A stretch of 64,000 nucleotides of DNA, taken from contig CAVESF010000008.1 in NCBI GenBank assembly GCA_963618495.1, forward strand, positions 2,749 through 66,748, written 5' to 3'. Both the position numbers and the translations under genes were made by a program. Positions 51,507-61,264 of the stretch are shown one piece after another; position 1 is the first letter of the stretch; the number at the start of each line of letters is the position of its first letter. This stretch comes from Acutalibacteraceae bacterium (lineage in GTDB: Bacteria; Bacillota; Clostridia; Oscillospirales; CAG-272). The notes under the pieces were generated by a model. It had not been told where the DNA came from. It made no database searches and saw only the letters and a program-made list of their open reading frames with translations.

Positions 51507-52298
51507 ATGGAAAACGAAAGTCTTTCATCAAAAACAAAAGTGATTCTTTTCACCTCCTGCAAGGGCGGCGTCGGCAAGTCAACCGTATGCGCAAATCTTG
51601 CCATGTCGGCGGCTCTCCTCGGAAAGCGTGTGCTTGTCATAGACTGCGATTTCGGAAACAGATGCATGGATATCCTGCTCGGCCTCTCCGATGAGGCGCT
51701 CTATGATATAGGCGATGTCATTTTCGGCAGAGTAACGCCCGAGCGCGCGGTCATCCCGGATAGAAGAAGCAAAAATCTCTTCTTTGTACCGGCACCCTAT
51801 TCATTTGACAGCAGATTCACGGCATTTGCATTCCGCCGCGCTATCGCCGAGTACAGGGACAGCGGCAGATACGATTTCATCTTTATAGATACCCCCGGCG
51901 GCGTTGGCGAACCGCTTCTGCTCTCTGCCTCCGTCGCGGATACGGCGTATATCATCGTCTCCCCCTCCCGTGCCGCCATACGCGCCGCGGAGAGGACAGC
52001 ATCTTTTCTCTATGCCAAGGGCGTTTCCCGCATGAGACTTATCGTGAATAAGCTGAGCGGCAGGAGCGTAAAGGCGGCGAAGCACGATGTGCTCGAAATG
52101 GTGGAAAGCGCATCCGTGCGGCTTATCGGTGCCGTTCCGTATGATCCCGAGGTTATCTACGCAGGCAATGACGGCGCACTCACAGACGAGCTTTTCTCTC
52201 ACAATATCACAAATGCCTTTGAAAATATAGCGAGAAGAACACTCGGTCAGTCCGTTCCGCTTTTCTATCACATACGTAAACTAAAGGAAATAAAATAA
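51507..52298 (+). CDS. MinD/ParA-family P-loop ATPase (orphan, no minC/minE nearby)
   Basis: 263 aa with the deviant Walker A CKGGVGKST and Walker B FIFIDTPGG. Confidence 0.75.
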   Translation: MENESLSSKTKVILFTSCKGGVGKSTVCANLAMSAALLGKRVLVIDCDFGNRCMDILLGLSDEALYDIGDVIFGRVTPERAVIPDRRSKNLFFVPAPYSFDSRFTAFAFRRAIAEYRDSGRYDFIFIDTPGGVGEPLLLSASVADTAYIIVSPSRAAIRAAERTASFLYAKGVSRMRLIVNKLSGRSVKAAKHDVLEMVESASVRLIGAVPYDPEVIYAGNDGALTDELFSHNITNAFENIARRTLGQSVPLFYHIRKLKEIK

Positions 52299-52345
52299 CG
52301 ACGCTTCGGTATGCCGTTTTTCCGAAGCAACGAAAGGAAAAAGAT

Positions 52346-52822
52346 ATGGAAATAGCTATCATAGCACATGACGCAAAGAAAGAGCTTATGGTTCAGTTCT
52401 GCATCGCTTATTGCGGCGTTTTGGCAAAGCATCATATATGCGCTACAAAAGCAACGGGCAAAATGGTCTCCGATGCAACGGGACTTGAGATTGAGCAGCT
52501 TCTGCCCGGCAGACAGGGCGGCATAGACCAGATAATGTCCAGAATAGCATATAATGAGATAGATATCCTCCTGTACTTCCGTGATAACAATACAACGGCA
52601 GATTTCAATGAGCTTCTCACGGACAGCGACCTTGTCCGCGAATGCGATATACACAATACTCCCGTAGCCACAAATATAGCTACGGCAGAGACGATAGTCT
52701 GCGCTCTTGAGCGCGGCGATCTTGACTGGCGTCAGTTTATGAATCCGAAATCGGAATACAACCGTCGCCGCCGCGAAGTAGTAACGCCTCCGAAATGGAA
52801 GAAGCAGACGGAGCGCAAATAA
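52346..52822 (+). CDS. MGS-like domain protein with degenerate methylglyoxal-synthase active site and a basic C-terminal tail
   Basis: 158 aa. It aligns by eye to the bona fide MgsA at 56911..57384, but GTGTT reads ATKAT, GGDQQ reads GGIDQ and PHDPD reads ADFNE. Confidence 0.65.
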   Translation: MEIAIIAHDAKKELMVQFCIAYCGVLAKHHICATKATGKMVSDATGLEIEQLLPGRQGGIDQIMSRIAYNEIDILLYFRDNNTTADFNELLTDSDLVRECDIHNTPVATNIATAETIVCALERGDLDWRQFMNPKSEYNRRRREVVTPPKWKKQTERK

Positions 52823-52842
52823 AGCGAATGTAAATTGAACAG

Positions 52843-52876
52843 AAAAAGCGTCGATGTGGGTGCATCGACGCTTTTT
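52843..52876. terminator. Bidirectional-looking terminator after the MGS-like gene
   Basis: AAAAAGCGTCGATG - 6-nt loop - CATCGACGCTTTTT. Confidence 0.8.
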
Positions 52877-53086
52877 GGATTTTGCCGGCTTTTCGTCAGT
52901 AAAAAGCGCGAAGAAGAGAAAAGTCACTCCATGTTTCCATACGGCGGCAGCAAGCCACCGCCCTACACACAAAACTCAAATATAACAAACAACAAAAAGA
53001 AAAGATACATACTTTATCCGCTTTTTCTTTTGACGAAGCAGGCGCAAAAGAAAAAGCTATAAAAAAGAAAACGCCGATAGGAAATT

Positions 53087-53150
53087 TCGCGCTCTGCGGA
53101 GCGCGACAAGGGCGCATGCCCTTGACCTTGCAAGCCTTTGAAAAGGCTTG
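53087..53150. repeat. Three consecutive perfect GC-rich tetraloop hairpins in a gene-free spacer
   Basis: 53087-53106 TCGCGCTC-TGCG-GAGCGCGA. 53107-53124 CAAGGGC-GCAT-GCCCTTG. 53131-53150 CAAGCCTT-TGAA-AAGGCTTG. Confidence 0.6.
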
Positions 53151-53201
53151 AGCGAAACTTCAATGGCGACGAAAACTTTAATAAAAGCGTCGTCATCATG
53201 C

Positions 53202-53237
53202 AAAAAAGCGATTGCCGCCACAGCGACAACCGCTTTT
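53202..53237 (-). terminator. tcdA/typA operon terminator
   Basis: AAAAGCG-ATTGCCGCCACAGCGACAAC-CGCTTTT with an inner imperfect stem. On the minus strand it is followed by a T6 run, directly after the tcdA stop. Confidence 0.65.
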
Positions 53238-53241
53238 CATA

Positions 53242-53967
53242 TTATTTTTCTCCTGTCAGTATGCGAAAAACTTCGCTCGCAAGGAGCATGCCTGCCGTCG
53301 GCGGCACAAAGGAAATGCTCCCCGGCACCTGCCGTTTATTCTCAGGAAGTTCTATTTTCCCCTCGTAGTCGGCATGCGGCTTTCGCGGCTCTTCCTTGGA
53401 ATAAACCACGCGGAGCTTTTTTATCCCCGCCGCTCTCAACTTGCCGCGCATAACCTTGGCAAGCGGACATACGGAAGTTTTGTAAATATCCGTTATCTCC
53501 AGCATCTCGGGATGAAGTTTATTTCCTGTTCCCATACAGCTGACTATCGGTATTCCCACTTCGTTTGCGCGCTTTATCAACTCAAATTTCGCCGAAACGG
53601 TATCTATCGCATCGACTATGCAGTCAAAGCGCGATATATCGAAGCTATCCGCCGTCTCTGGCAGATAAAACATATTGCGCACTTCGATATCGGCATTCGG
53701 GTCGATATCAAGCGCACGGCGCCTCATAACCTCGGTTTTCGTCTCACCAACAGTCGATGAAAGCGCGACAAGCTGGCGGTTGAGATTAGAAACCGAAACG
53801 GTATCGTTATCCACAAAGGTGATATGTCCAACGCCCATGCGCACAAGTGCCTCAGCACAAAATGAACCGACGCCGCCTATACCGAAAAGAGCTACCCGCG
53901 CGTTTTTCAGCTTTTCAAGCGCACCGTCGCCTATGAGATAAGCCTCTCTTATGCGGCGCTCGTCCAT
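53242..53967 (-). CDS. tcdA: tRNA threonylcarbamoyladenosine dehydratase (ThiF/E1-like)
   Basis: 241 aa. Motif LFGIGGVGSFCAEALVRMGVGHITFVDNDTVSVSNLNRQ. Its start overlaps the typA stop (TAATG). Confidence 0.85.
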   Translation of the reverse strand: MDERRIREAYLIGDGALEKLKNARVALFGIGGVGSFCAEALVRMGVGHITFVDNDTVSVSNLNRQLVALSSTVGETKTEVMRRRALDIDPNADIEVRNMFYLPETADSFDISRFDCIVDAIDTVSAKFELIKRANEVGIPIVSCMGTGNKLHPEMLEITDIYKTSVCPLAKVMRGKLRAAGIKKLRVVYSKEEPRKPHADYEGKIELPENKRQVPGSISFVPPTAGMLLASEVFRILTGEK

Positions 53968-55802
53968 TATATTTCGCCTTTCTTTATCTTGCCCGCGAGC
54001 TTATAACGCATATCGTTTGAAAGAATGCGCTTGCGCAGGCGGATGCTCTTCGGCGTAACTTCGATAAGCTCATCGTCCGCGATAAATTCTATAGCCTCTT
54101 CAAGGCTCATTATTCTCGGCGGAACGAGACGGAGCGCTTCGTCGGCACCCGAGCTTCTTATCGCCGTCAGGTGCTTATTCTTGCAGACATTGACCGCGAT
54201 ATCGCCCGACTTCGGGTTTTCTCCGACAATCATGCCCTCATAAACAGGACACTGATTGCTGATGAACATAACGCCTCTGTCCTGTGCATTGAAAACACCG
54301 TAGGAGGTGGATTCGCCCGCTTCGCTCGCCACAAGCGAACCTGTGAAGCGGCGGGTGATATCGCCCTTATAGGGCTGATATCCGTCGAAAACGGAATTCA
54401 TCGTACCCTCTCCTCGTGTATCGGTGAGAAATTCGCTTCTGTAGCCGAAAAGGCATCTCGAAGGAATGACATATTCCAGTCTCATTCTGCTGCCTACGGG
54501 AGACATATTGACAAGCTCGCCCTTGCGCGCGCCGAGCTTTTCCATAACGGCACCGCAACTGTCCTCGGGAACATCTATCTCCACGCGCTCCATCGGCTCG
54601 CAGCGCACGCCGTCTATCTCGTGATAAAGCACACGCGGCGTGGAAACGCAAAGCTCAAAGCCCTCGCGGCGCATTGTTTCTATAAGTATGGAGAGGTGCA
54701 TTTCGCCTCTGCCGGCAACCTTGAAGCAGTCTGTTGTCTCGCCGTCGGAAACGCGGAGCGAAACATCCTTGAGCAGTTCCTTATAGAGACGCTCGCGGAG
54801 CTGACGGGAGGTTACATATTTGCCCTCCTTGCCTGCAAACGGGCTGTCGTTTACGGAGAATGTCATTTCTATCGTCGGCTCGCTCACCTTGACAAATTCG
54901 AGCGGCTCGGGACAGTCAACGGATGTCACCGTATCGCCTATCGTGATGTTTTCCGCGCCGGAGAAGCAGATGATATCGCCTACCTTTGCCTCGGTAACAG
55001 GAATTCGGCGCAGACCGTCTATCTGGCTAATGCTGACTATCTTGGTCTTCTTCGGAGGGTTTTCCCTGTCATGATAATTGCATATCATGGCTTCCTGATT
55101 CTGGCGGATAACGCCGCGCTCTATTCTTCCTATGCCTATTCTGCCGACATAATCATTATAGTCGATAGAGGAAACGAGCAGCTGGAGAGGACCGTTTTCG
55201 TCGCCCTCGGGCGCGGGGATATAATCAAGTATCGTATCAAAAAGCGGCTTCAGGTCTTTACCCGGCTCATAGGGAGAGAAAGAAGCCGTGCCGGCTCTGC
55301 CCGAACACCAGAGCACGGGTCCGTCAAGCTGTTCATCGGAAGCGTTCAGCTCGAGCAGAAGCTCCAGTATCTCGTCGCCTACCTCGTCGAGCCGTGCGTC
55401 GGGACGGTCTATCTTGTTTACAACTACGATGACGGGATGCCCGAGCTCAAGCGCGCGCTGAAGCACAAAGCGAGTCTGCGGCATGGGTCCCTCTGCCGCG
55501 TCAACGAGAAGAATAACGCCGTTTACCATTTTCAGTATGCGTTCAACCTCGCCGCTGAAGTCCGCGTGTCCGGGGGTGTCGACTATGTTTATCTTCACGC
55601 CGTTGTAGTGAACGGCTGTGTTCTTTGCGAGTATAGTGATGCCGCGTTCGCGCTCCAGAGCGTTGGAGTCCATAACGCGCTCCTCTGTCGCCTGATTTTC
55701 TCTGTAAATACCGCCCTGACGAAGCATTTCGTCTACGAGCGTCGTCTTGCCGTGGTCGACATGAGCAATTATCGCCACATTTCGAAGGTCATTTCTTATC
55801 AC
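53967..55802 (-). CDS. typA: Translational GTPase TypA/BipA
   Basis: 611 aa with a GTG start. G motifs [17 protein letters not shown] and NKID, plus the BipA-specific C-terminal domain. Confidence 0.95.
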   Translation of the reverse strand: MIRNDLRNVAIIAHVDHGKTTLVDEMLRQGGIYRENQATEERVMDSNALERERGITILAKNTAVHYNGVKINIVDTPGHADFSGEVERILKMVNGVILLVDAAEGPMPQTRFVLQRALELGHPVIVVVNKIDRPDARLDEVGDEILELLLELNASDEQLDGPVLWCSGRAGTASFSPYEPGKDLKPLFDTILDYIPAPEGDENGPLQLLVSSIDYNDYVGRIGIGRIERGVIRQNQEAMICNYHDRENPPKKTKIVSISQIDGLRRIPVTEAKVGDIICFSGAENITIGDTVTSVDCPEPLEFVKVSEPTIEMTFSVNDSPFAGKEGKYVTSRQLRERLYKELLKDVSLRVSDGETTDCFKVAGRGEMHLSILIETMRREGFELCVSTPRVLYHEIDGVRCEPMERVEIDVPEDSCGAVMEKLGARKGELVNMSPVGSRMRLEYVIPSRCLFGYRSEFLTDTRGEGTMNSVFDGYQPYKGDITRRFTGSLVASEAGESTSYGVFNAQDRGVMFISNQCPVYEGMIVGENPKSGDIAVNVCKNKHLTAIRSSGADEALRLVPPRIMSLEEAIEFIADDELIEVTPKSIRLRKRILSNDMRYKLAGKIKKGEI

Positions 55803-55851
55803 GGTTCTGTCCTGCCTTTATTTTAGATTTTCATGATTTTCACAAATGGTT

Positions 55852-55880
55852 ATTATAGCACAATTTACTGAAAATGTCTA
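55852..55880 (-). promoter_or_regulatory. SigA-type promoter of typA
   Basis: On the minus strand: TAGACA (55875-55880), 17-nt spacer with TG at the extended -10 position, TATAAT (55852-55857). Confidence 0.55.
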
Positions 55881-55905
55881 TATATTTTGTGTAGTTTTTT
55901 CAAAA

Positions 55906-55947
55906 AAATCTCCGCAAAAGGCAATTTTTGCCGTTTTACGGAGATTT
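55906..55947 (-). terminator. Terminator after the yccF-like gene
   Basis: AAATCTCCG ... CGGAGATTT flanked by A7 and T7 runs, 4 nt after the stop at 55951. Confidence 0.75.
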
Positions 55948-55950
55948 TTT

Positions 55951-56307
55951 TCAGCTGACGCGCGCTCCGAAAGGAAGAAGCGCTATTTTCATGAGCTTGA
56001 AGCACTGCTTGCCGAGCGGAATGCCGATTATCGTGATGCAGAAAACTATGCCCAGCATGAGGTAAGCAACAGCCGCCTCCCAGCCGAAGAATATAAGCCA
56101 GAGGATATTGGCTATCGGATGAGCGTCAAAATTCGTGCCCACTATTTTGCCGACGGGCGTGAGGCATGCCGTGCCTATCTTGAAGCACTGCGTGCCGAAA
56201 GGTATGCCGATTATCGTGATGCACAGGAGCAGACCCATAAACCACCAGCCGAGCGCGGATTCAAGCCCGACGAGAAGAAACCATATGATATTGCCTATTG
56301 TTTTCAT
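55951..56307 (-). CDS. YccF-family inner membrane protein (two DUF307 repeats)
   Basis: The start is ATG 56305-56307 after GGAGGT. Internal duplication: LLLCITIIGIPFGTQCFKIG and IVFCITIIGIPLGKQCFKLM. Confidence 0.8.
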   Translation of the reverse strand: MKTIGNIIWFLLVGLESALGWWFMGLLLCITIIGIPFGTQCFKIGTACLTPVGKIVGTNFDAHPIANILWLIFFGWEAAVAYLMLGIVFCITIIGIPLGKQCFKLMKIALLPFGARVS

Positions 56308-56311
56308 AAAA

Positions 56312-56914
56312 TCAACCTCCGAAATCAAATATACAAAGCAAAAAATCTTTGTCCAGCGCGAGGATTTCGCGCATATCGCGGAATATCTGCCCGCGATAGC
56401 CGCGCAGAGCCGCGTCCGCGCCGACGGCATCCATGCCGAAGTTGCGCGCTATATGGAGCGCACGGTAGAGATGATACTTCTGCGTTACTATGACGGCGCG
56501 GTCTATGCCGAAAAGCTTCTTTGCGCGCGAAACCGTCTCGTATGTGGAAAATCCTCTGTAGTCGAGCAGGATATCCTCATCGGGAATCCCGTTTTCGAGC
56601 GCGTACCGCCGCATAGCGCCGACCTCGTTGTAGTCGTCGCTCTGATAGTCGCCCGAGAGGAGCAGTTTGTTTACCTTGCCGCTTTTATAGAGCGATACGG
56701 CGGTTTTCATCCTGTCCTCGAGCATATGCGAGAGCCTGCCGTTTACAACCGAAGCGCCGAGTACTATGGCGCATTCGTAACCCTCGGGCGTGTCCCCCGC
56801 GCTGTGTATCCTGCCGTTTGTTTCGAGGAATATCCCCGCGGGCGGCAAAAGCACGAGAAGCACAAGTGCGGCAAGCGCTATCAGGGCTATAGTCAGGTAT
56901 TTTTTCTTTTTCAT
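56312..56914 (-). CDS. SanA/YdcF-family (DUF218) membrane-anchored protein
   Basis: 200 aa. N-terminal TM helix followed by a DUF218-type core (AIVLGASV...LLLSGD...STYET). Confidence 0.75.
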   Translation of the reverse strand: MKKKKYLTIALIALAALVLLVLLPPAGIFLETNGRIHSAGDTPEGYECAIVLGASVVNGRLSHMLEDRMKTAVSLYKSGKVNKLLLSGDYQSDDYNEVGAMRRYALENGIPDEDILLDYRGFSTYETVSRAKKLFGIDRAVIVTQKYHLYRALHIARNFGMDAVGADAALRGYRGQIFRDMREILALDKDFLLCIFDFGG

Positions 56915-57384
56915 AGCGTCTGCGCACGCATATCTATATTATGTTTGAAATTCAGCAGCATTCTGCTGTATTCGGCTTCCATGAGCGGACTCGATATGAT
57001 GAAATCCGCCGTCGCGCGGTTATTTGCTATCGGAATATCGTAGACCTGCGCTATGCGGAGCAGTGCTTTCACATCGGGGTCATGCGGCTGAGCCGTCAGC
57101 GGGTCGGAAAAGAATATCACGAGGTCTATATCGCCCTCGGCTATTCTCGCGCCTATCTGCTGGTCTCCGCCGAGAGGACCGCTGTTGAAACCGCGGATGG
57201 GAAGTCCCGTTCTGTCCGCTATCATGCGTGCGGTCGTTCCCGTTCCGCAGAGATTATGACGCTCCAGTATCGCCTTGTTTTTCATGCACCAGTCTATTAT
57301 CTCCGCCTTTTTGTTGTCATGCGCTATCAGGGCTATGCTCTTTTTCTTCGGCAGAGTGCATTCGATATATTGATTTTCAAACAT
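56911..57384 (-). CDS. mgsA: Methylglyoxal synthase
   Basis: 157 aa with all hallmark motifs: IALIAHDNKK, GTGTT, GPLGGDQQIGA, PHDPDVKALLR. Confidence 0.92.
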   Translation of the reverse strand: MFENQYIECTLPKKKSIALIAHDNKKAEIIDWCMKNKAILERHNLCGTGTTARMIADRTGLPIRGFNSGPLGGDQQIGARIAEGDIDLVIFFSDPLTAQPHDPDVKALLRIAQVYDIPIANNRATADFIISSPLMEAEYSRMLLNFKHNIDMRAQTL

Positions 57385-57399
57385 TTATTTTTCCTCCTT

Positions 57400-58212
57400 T
57401 TAAGGTCTTATCTTTTCAAATATGACGGCATAGAAACCGCCCGCCTTTTCCATTTCTTCATCGCTTTGCACCGTCCAGCCCACGGGGCAACCGCCGCAGA
57501 GCTTTGCCGCATGCAGGGCAAAACTTTTTCTGTCGGCAACGGAATATGCGATAAAATGCGGGCGCGCGAGAAACGAAAGCAGAAGATTGCGCAGGATAAA
57601 GTCCTGTGCGGCGTTTCCGGTTCCGTCCTCTCCTTTCATCCTGCACGAGAGCTGACCGCGGACAACGCTCCTGTCGCTTTTGCGGAACCAGCGCACATAA
57701 AACGGATTGAAAGCCTCCATACACCATTTGCCGCCGTAGCTTTTCATCCTCTCGGATACGGCTTTGCAGATGCGCATATCCTTTGTGCTTCTTCCTTTCA
57801 GCTCGACTATTAGCGGCACTCTGCCGGAAACAAGGGCGAGCACCTCGTCAAAACCCGGGATACGCTCGTCTGTTTCCGCAAGCGAAAGCTCCTGAAGCTC
57901 GGCGAGCGTCTTTTCCTCGGGTGTTCCGTCCGTGCCGCACATGCGGGTGAGCGTATCGTCATGGAAAACGACAAGCTTTTCATCCGCCGTGAGATGGACA
58001 TCCAGCTCTATTCCGTAGCCGGCTTCGCATGCGCAGCTGAAAGCCGCGAGCGAATTTTCGGGAATGCCGTCGCCATGCAGCCCGCGATGGGCAAAATGTC
58101 TGTTTTCCTCAAAGAAATCAAATGCTCTGCCTGCGCTCCAGCTCGGCGATATCAGAAAAATATATATGCAGAGTATCAACAGAAGAATGCCGAGTATTAT
58201 CGAAAGAATCAT
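57400..58212 (-). CDS. Membrane-anchored glycerophosphodiester phosphodiesterase family protein
   Basis: 270 aa. N-terminal TM helix and GDPD motifs HRGL...ENS and ELDVHLTADEKLVVFHD. Confidence 0.8.
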   Translation of the reverse strand: MILSIILGILLLILCIYIFLISPSWSAGRAFDFFEENRHFAHRGLHGDGIPENSLAAFSCACEAGYGIELDVHLTADEKLVVFHDDTLTRMCGTDGTPEEKTLAELQELSLAETDERIPGFDEVLALVSGRVPLIVELKGRSTKDMRICKAVSERMKSYGGKWCMEAFNPFYVRWFRKSDRSVVRGQLSCRMKGEDGTGNAAQDFILRNLLLSFLARPHFIAYSVADRKSFALHAAKLCGGCPVGWTVQSDEEMEKAGGFYAVIFEKIRP

Positions 58213-59732
58213 TTGCTCTCCTCCGCTTTCTTATCGGGTATGCTGTCGCCATGGCGCACGAACGCCATAGTCACAAAGGCAAGCGCGACGAATATCGTGG
58301 CATAGATGAAAAGCGACGTCATCTTTATATCCATAAAAAAGCCGCTGAGTATCGGCGTTATTATCTGCGCCGCCATGCTTGCCGTATAATAGAAGCCCGT
58401 ATATTTGCCGACATCGCTTCCGCTTGAAAGCTCCGCCACCATCGGGTATGAGTTTACATTTATCGCCGCCCAGCCGATGCCCGCCATGCCGAAGAGAATG
58501 TTCATCACGAGCATGGATGAGCCGCTTCTCATGAAAGATGCGGCGAAGAAAGCCGAGCCGAGCAGAAGTACGCCTGCCATTATCGTTCTCTTCCTGCCGA
58601 ATTTTGATGAGATGAAACCTATCGGAATATATGAAACAACGGCGACACCCGTCGCTATCATCAGCGTGGTATTATAGTCAAGTCCGAGTATAGCGGAGGC
58701 ATAGAGCGAATATTTGCTCATGACCGCATTATAGCCCATATACCAGAGCGCGACGGATGCAAGTATAAGTATCAGCGAGGTAAGCTGCGATTTTGTCAGC
58801 TTGCGCGAGCCGCTCATAGCCGCCTCGTCGTCCGCTTCGTTTTCTATGCCGAGGCGCAGGCTCTCGTCATGAGCTTCCTCCGCCCATTTCGGCTCTCTTA
58901 CCGTCAGGCGGAATACCGCAAGCGAAACGAGCATTATTCCCGCGATAACGCAGAAAAACGGGAGATAACTCATCATCGCGTTTTCACTCTTGCCAGTGCC
59001 GAAAACGATGCCGAGCGCAAGGACTATGACTCCGCCGAGCGCACCCATCAGATTTATCACGGCATTTGCCTTGGAGCGCAATGGTTTTACCGTCACATCC
59101 GGCATCAGCGCCAACGCGGGCGAACGGAAAGTCGACATTGCGATAAGCGTCACAAGCAGTGCCGCTATGAACATGATAAGCGCCGAGGGATTTGCCATGG
59201 TCAGCTTATGCGTGCAGGCGCGGCGTGCGGGTACGACATAGTTTGTATAGTCTGCGGAAACATTTCCGTCCTCATCGTACATGGATATCTCCGCAAATTC
59301 CTCTTTTGTGAATTTCTCGCGGATATTTACGGTCTCGCCGTCGGGCGTTTTGATATCGGGTATCTCGGTGAGATATATCACTTCCTGCGAACCCTGCGTC
59401 CCGGGAGAGATGGCTTTCAGATTGCGGAGCTGGATGCCGTCGGCAATGCTCATGCAGATGAATGCGGCGCAGGCGATAACCGTGCCTATCATTATAAAAG
59501 GCGTTCTCCTGCCGCGCTTCGATTTCGATTTGTCGGAGAGCGAGCCGAAAAGCGGAAGCATAAAAAGTGCCAGCACATTGTCCAGTGCCATTATCGCGCC
59601 CGAGAGCGTCTGGTTCATACCGAATTTATCGGTGAGTATCTTCGGCACTATCGTGTCATATGCCTGCCAGAAAGCGCATATCAGGAAAAACGCAAAGCCT
59701 ACAAAAATCGTTCTCTTGTAACTCAGTTTCAT
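58209..59732 (-). CDS. MFS transporter (GPH / SLC45-like)
   Basis: The start is ATG 59730-59732 (MKLSYKRTIFVGFAFF) after GGAGAAG. About 12 TM helices with a large central loop. It overlaps the GDPD gene by 4 nt. Confidence 0.75.
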   Translation of the reverse strand: MKLSYKRTIFVGFAFFLICAFWQAYDTIVPKILTDKFGMNQTLSGAIMALDNVLALFMLPLFGSLSDKSKSKRGRRTPFIMIGTVIACAAFICMSIADGIQLRNLKAISPGTQGSQEVIYLTEIPDIKTPDGETVNIREKFTKEEFAEISMYDEDGNVSADYTNYVVPARRACTHKLTMANPSALIMFIAALLVTLIAMSTFRSPALALMPDVTVKPLRSKANAVINLMGALGGVIVLALGIVFGTGKSENAMMSYLPFFCVIAGIMLVSLAVFRLTVREPKWAEEAHDESLRLGIENEADDEAAMSGSRKLTKSQLTSLILILASVALWYMGYNAVMSKYSLYASAILGLDYNTTLMIATGVAVVSYIPIGFISSKFGRKRTIMAGVLLLGSAFFAASFMRSGSSMLVMNILFGMAGIGWAAINVNSYPMVAELSSGSDVGKYTGFYYTASMAAQIITPILSGFFMDIKMTSLFIYATIFVALAFVTMAFVRHGDSIPDKKAEESK

Positions 59733-59745
59733 GATGCTTCTCCTT

Positions 59746-60513
59746 TCAGTGAACAAATTCGTTGTCGCGCGGATAGATTTCAAAAGCTATATCGGGATAA
59801 TCCGAGCGGAAAGCTTCCGCAAAGAAGGAGGAAACGCCTATTTCCGTTTCGTAATGCCCCGCCTCGACTATGCCTATACCGAGCGAAGGCGCGTCCAGAA
59901 CGGCATGATAGCCGGCTTCGCCGCAGAGGAAAACCTCCGCGCCCGCCGCCTGCGCCGCATCTATGAAATCCCTGCCCGAGCCGCCGAGGACAGCGACCGT
60001 GCGTATTTTCCGTCCCGTGAAATGCCCTGTGATATGGCGGCTCACGCGCTCCTTTGCAAGCGCGGCAAATTCCTCCGCCGTCATCTCGCGGGGAAGCTCG
60101 CCTACCCTGCCTATCTCCTCCTCTGCGGGACCGAAAGGACGCGTATTTTCAAGCCCGAGGCTTGCGGCAAGTATATCGTTTACGCCGCAATCGAGCGCAT
60201 CGAGCCGCGTATGGAAGCTGAAAACGGAAATGCCCGCGGCAATAAGGCGGAGTGCCCTTGCGCAGACGGGATTTTCCGTATTTATCGCTTTCAGCGGCGA
60301 GAAAATGAGCGGATGATGCGATATTATCAGGTCATATCCGCCCGCTATGGCGTAGTCTGCCACAGCGTCGGTCACATCGAGCGCGAAAAGCGCCTTTTTC
60401 ACCTCCCGCGCGCCGTCGGCGCAGACCATCAGCCCGTCGTTATCCCAGTCGCACGAGAGTGCGCGCGGTATTTTTCTGTCGAAATATGAATAGAGTTCGC
60501 CTGTCGTTATCAT
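59746..60513 (-). CDS. Nif3-like dinuclear metal centre protein (YqfO/GCH1-type-2 homolog)
   Basis: 255 aa with the IISHHPLIF motif. Conserved synteny with trmK, as for B. subtilis yqfN-yqfO. Confidence 0.85.
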   Translation of the reverse strand: MITTGELYSYFDRKIPRALSCDWDNDGLMVCADGAREVKKALFALDVTDAVADYAIAGGYDLIISHHPLIFSPLKAINTENPVCARALRLIAAGISVFSFHTRLDALDCGVNDILAASLGLENTRPFGPAEEEIGRVGELPREMTAEEFAALAKERVSRHITGHFTGRKIRTVAVLGGSGRDFIDAAQAAGAEVFLCGEAGYHAVLDAPSLGIGIVEAGHYETEIGVSSFFAEAFRSDYPDIAFEIYPRDNEFVH

Positions 60514-60531
60514 GAGCAGATTCTCCTTGAT

Positions 60532-61224
60532 TTATATTTTTGAGAGTGCCGTTATTTCGTCGTAAACGCGCTTTGCCTGCGCATATTCCGCAGTATCGGG
60601 TTTCAGTCCGCGCACCTTTTTGCCGTACATATCGAGATACTTTTCGCAAAGCCGCAGAAAAAGCTCTTCGGTCTCTTCCCTTGCCTCGATATTCCCTTTG
60701 CCGAGGAGAAGCTCCGTCTGTGTGAATATGCGCTTTTTTCCGTCCCATACGACGCGCATTATCTGATATATCTTGCCCGAATCGAGCGCAAGCCGCTCGT
60801 CGGCGATAAGAAATCCGTTTTCCAAGAGCCAAAGGCGCAGCTCGTCCTCGTTTTTCATCGGCTGAAGCACGAGCGATATCTTCTCATCGTGCAGAAAAGG
60901 TGCTTCACTTATTATATCTCGTATCATGAGCCCGCCCATGCCCGCTATCACTATATCGGTAAAACCGCGCTCCTCCAGAGAGTGAAGCCCGTCCGTCAGC
61001 GCCGTATCTATTCTGTCCGTCAGGAGGTGCGCCGCTATATTCTCTTTTGCGCGCAAGATAGGACCTTCGTTTATATCGGAAGCCACGGCGCGGCTTATCG
61101 CGCCGCGCTCGCAAAGGTATATCGGCAGATATGCATGGTCTGTTCCGACATCGCAGAGAAAGGCGCCGCGGCGCACGAGCGCGGCGCAGGCGGCAAGCCT
61201 GTCTCCAAGGGTAATATTAGCCAT
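60532..61224 (-). CDS. trmK: tRNA (adenine22-N1)-methyltransferase
   Basis: 230 aa. N-terminus LGDRLAACAALV...DVGTDHAYLPIYL and SAM-MTase motif IVIAGMGG. Confidence 0.85.
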   Translation of the reverse strand: MANITLGDRLAACAALVRRGAFLCDVGTDHAYLPIYLCERGAISRAVASDINEGPILRAKENIAAHLLTDRIDTALTDGLHSLEERGFTDIVIAGMGGLMIRDIISEAPFLHDEKISLVLQPMKNEDELRLWLLENGFLIADERLALDSGKIYQIMRVVWDGKKRIFTQTELLLGKGNIEAREETEELFLRLCEKYLDMYGKKVRGLKPDTAEYAQAKRVYDEITALSKI

Positions 61225-61264
61225 AAATGTTCCTTTTTTCTATGTAATAAAAATGCATATGCAA

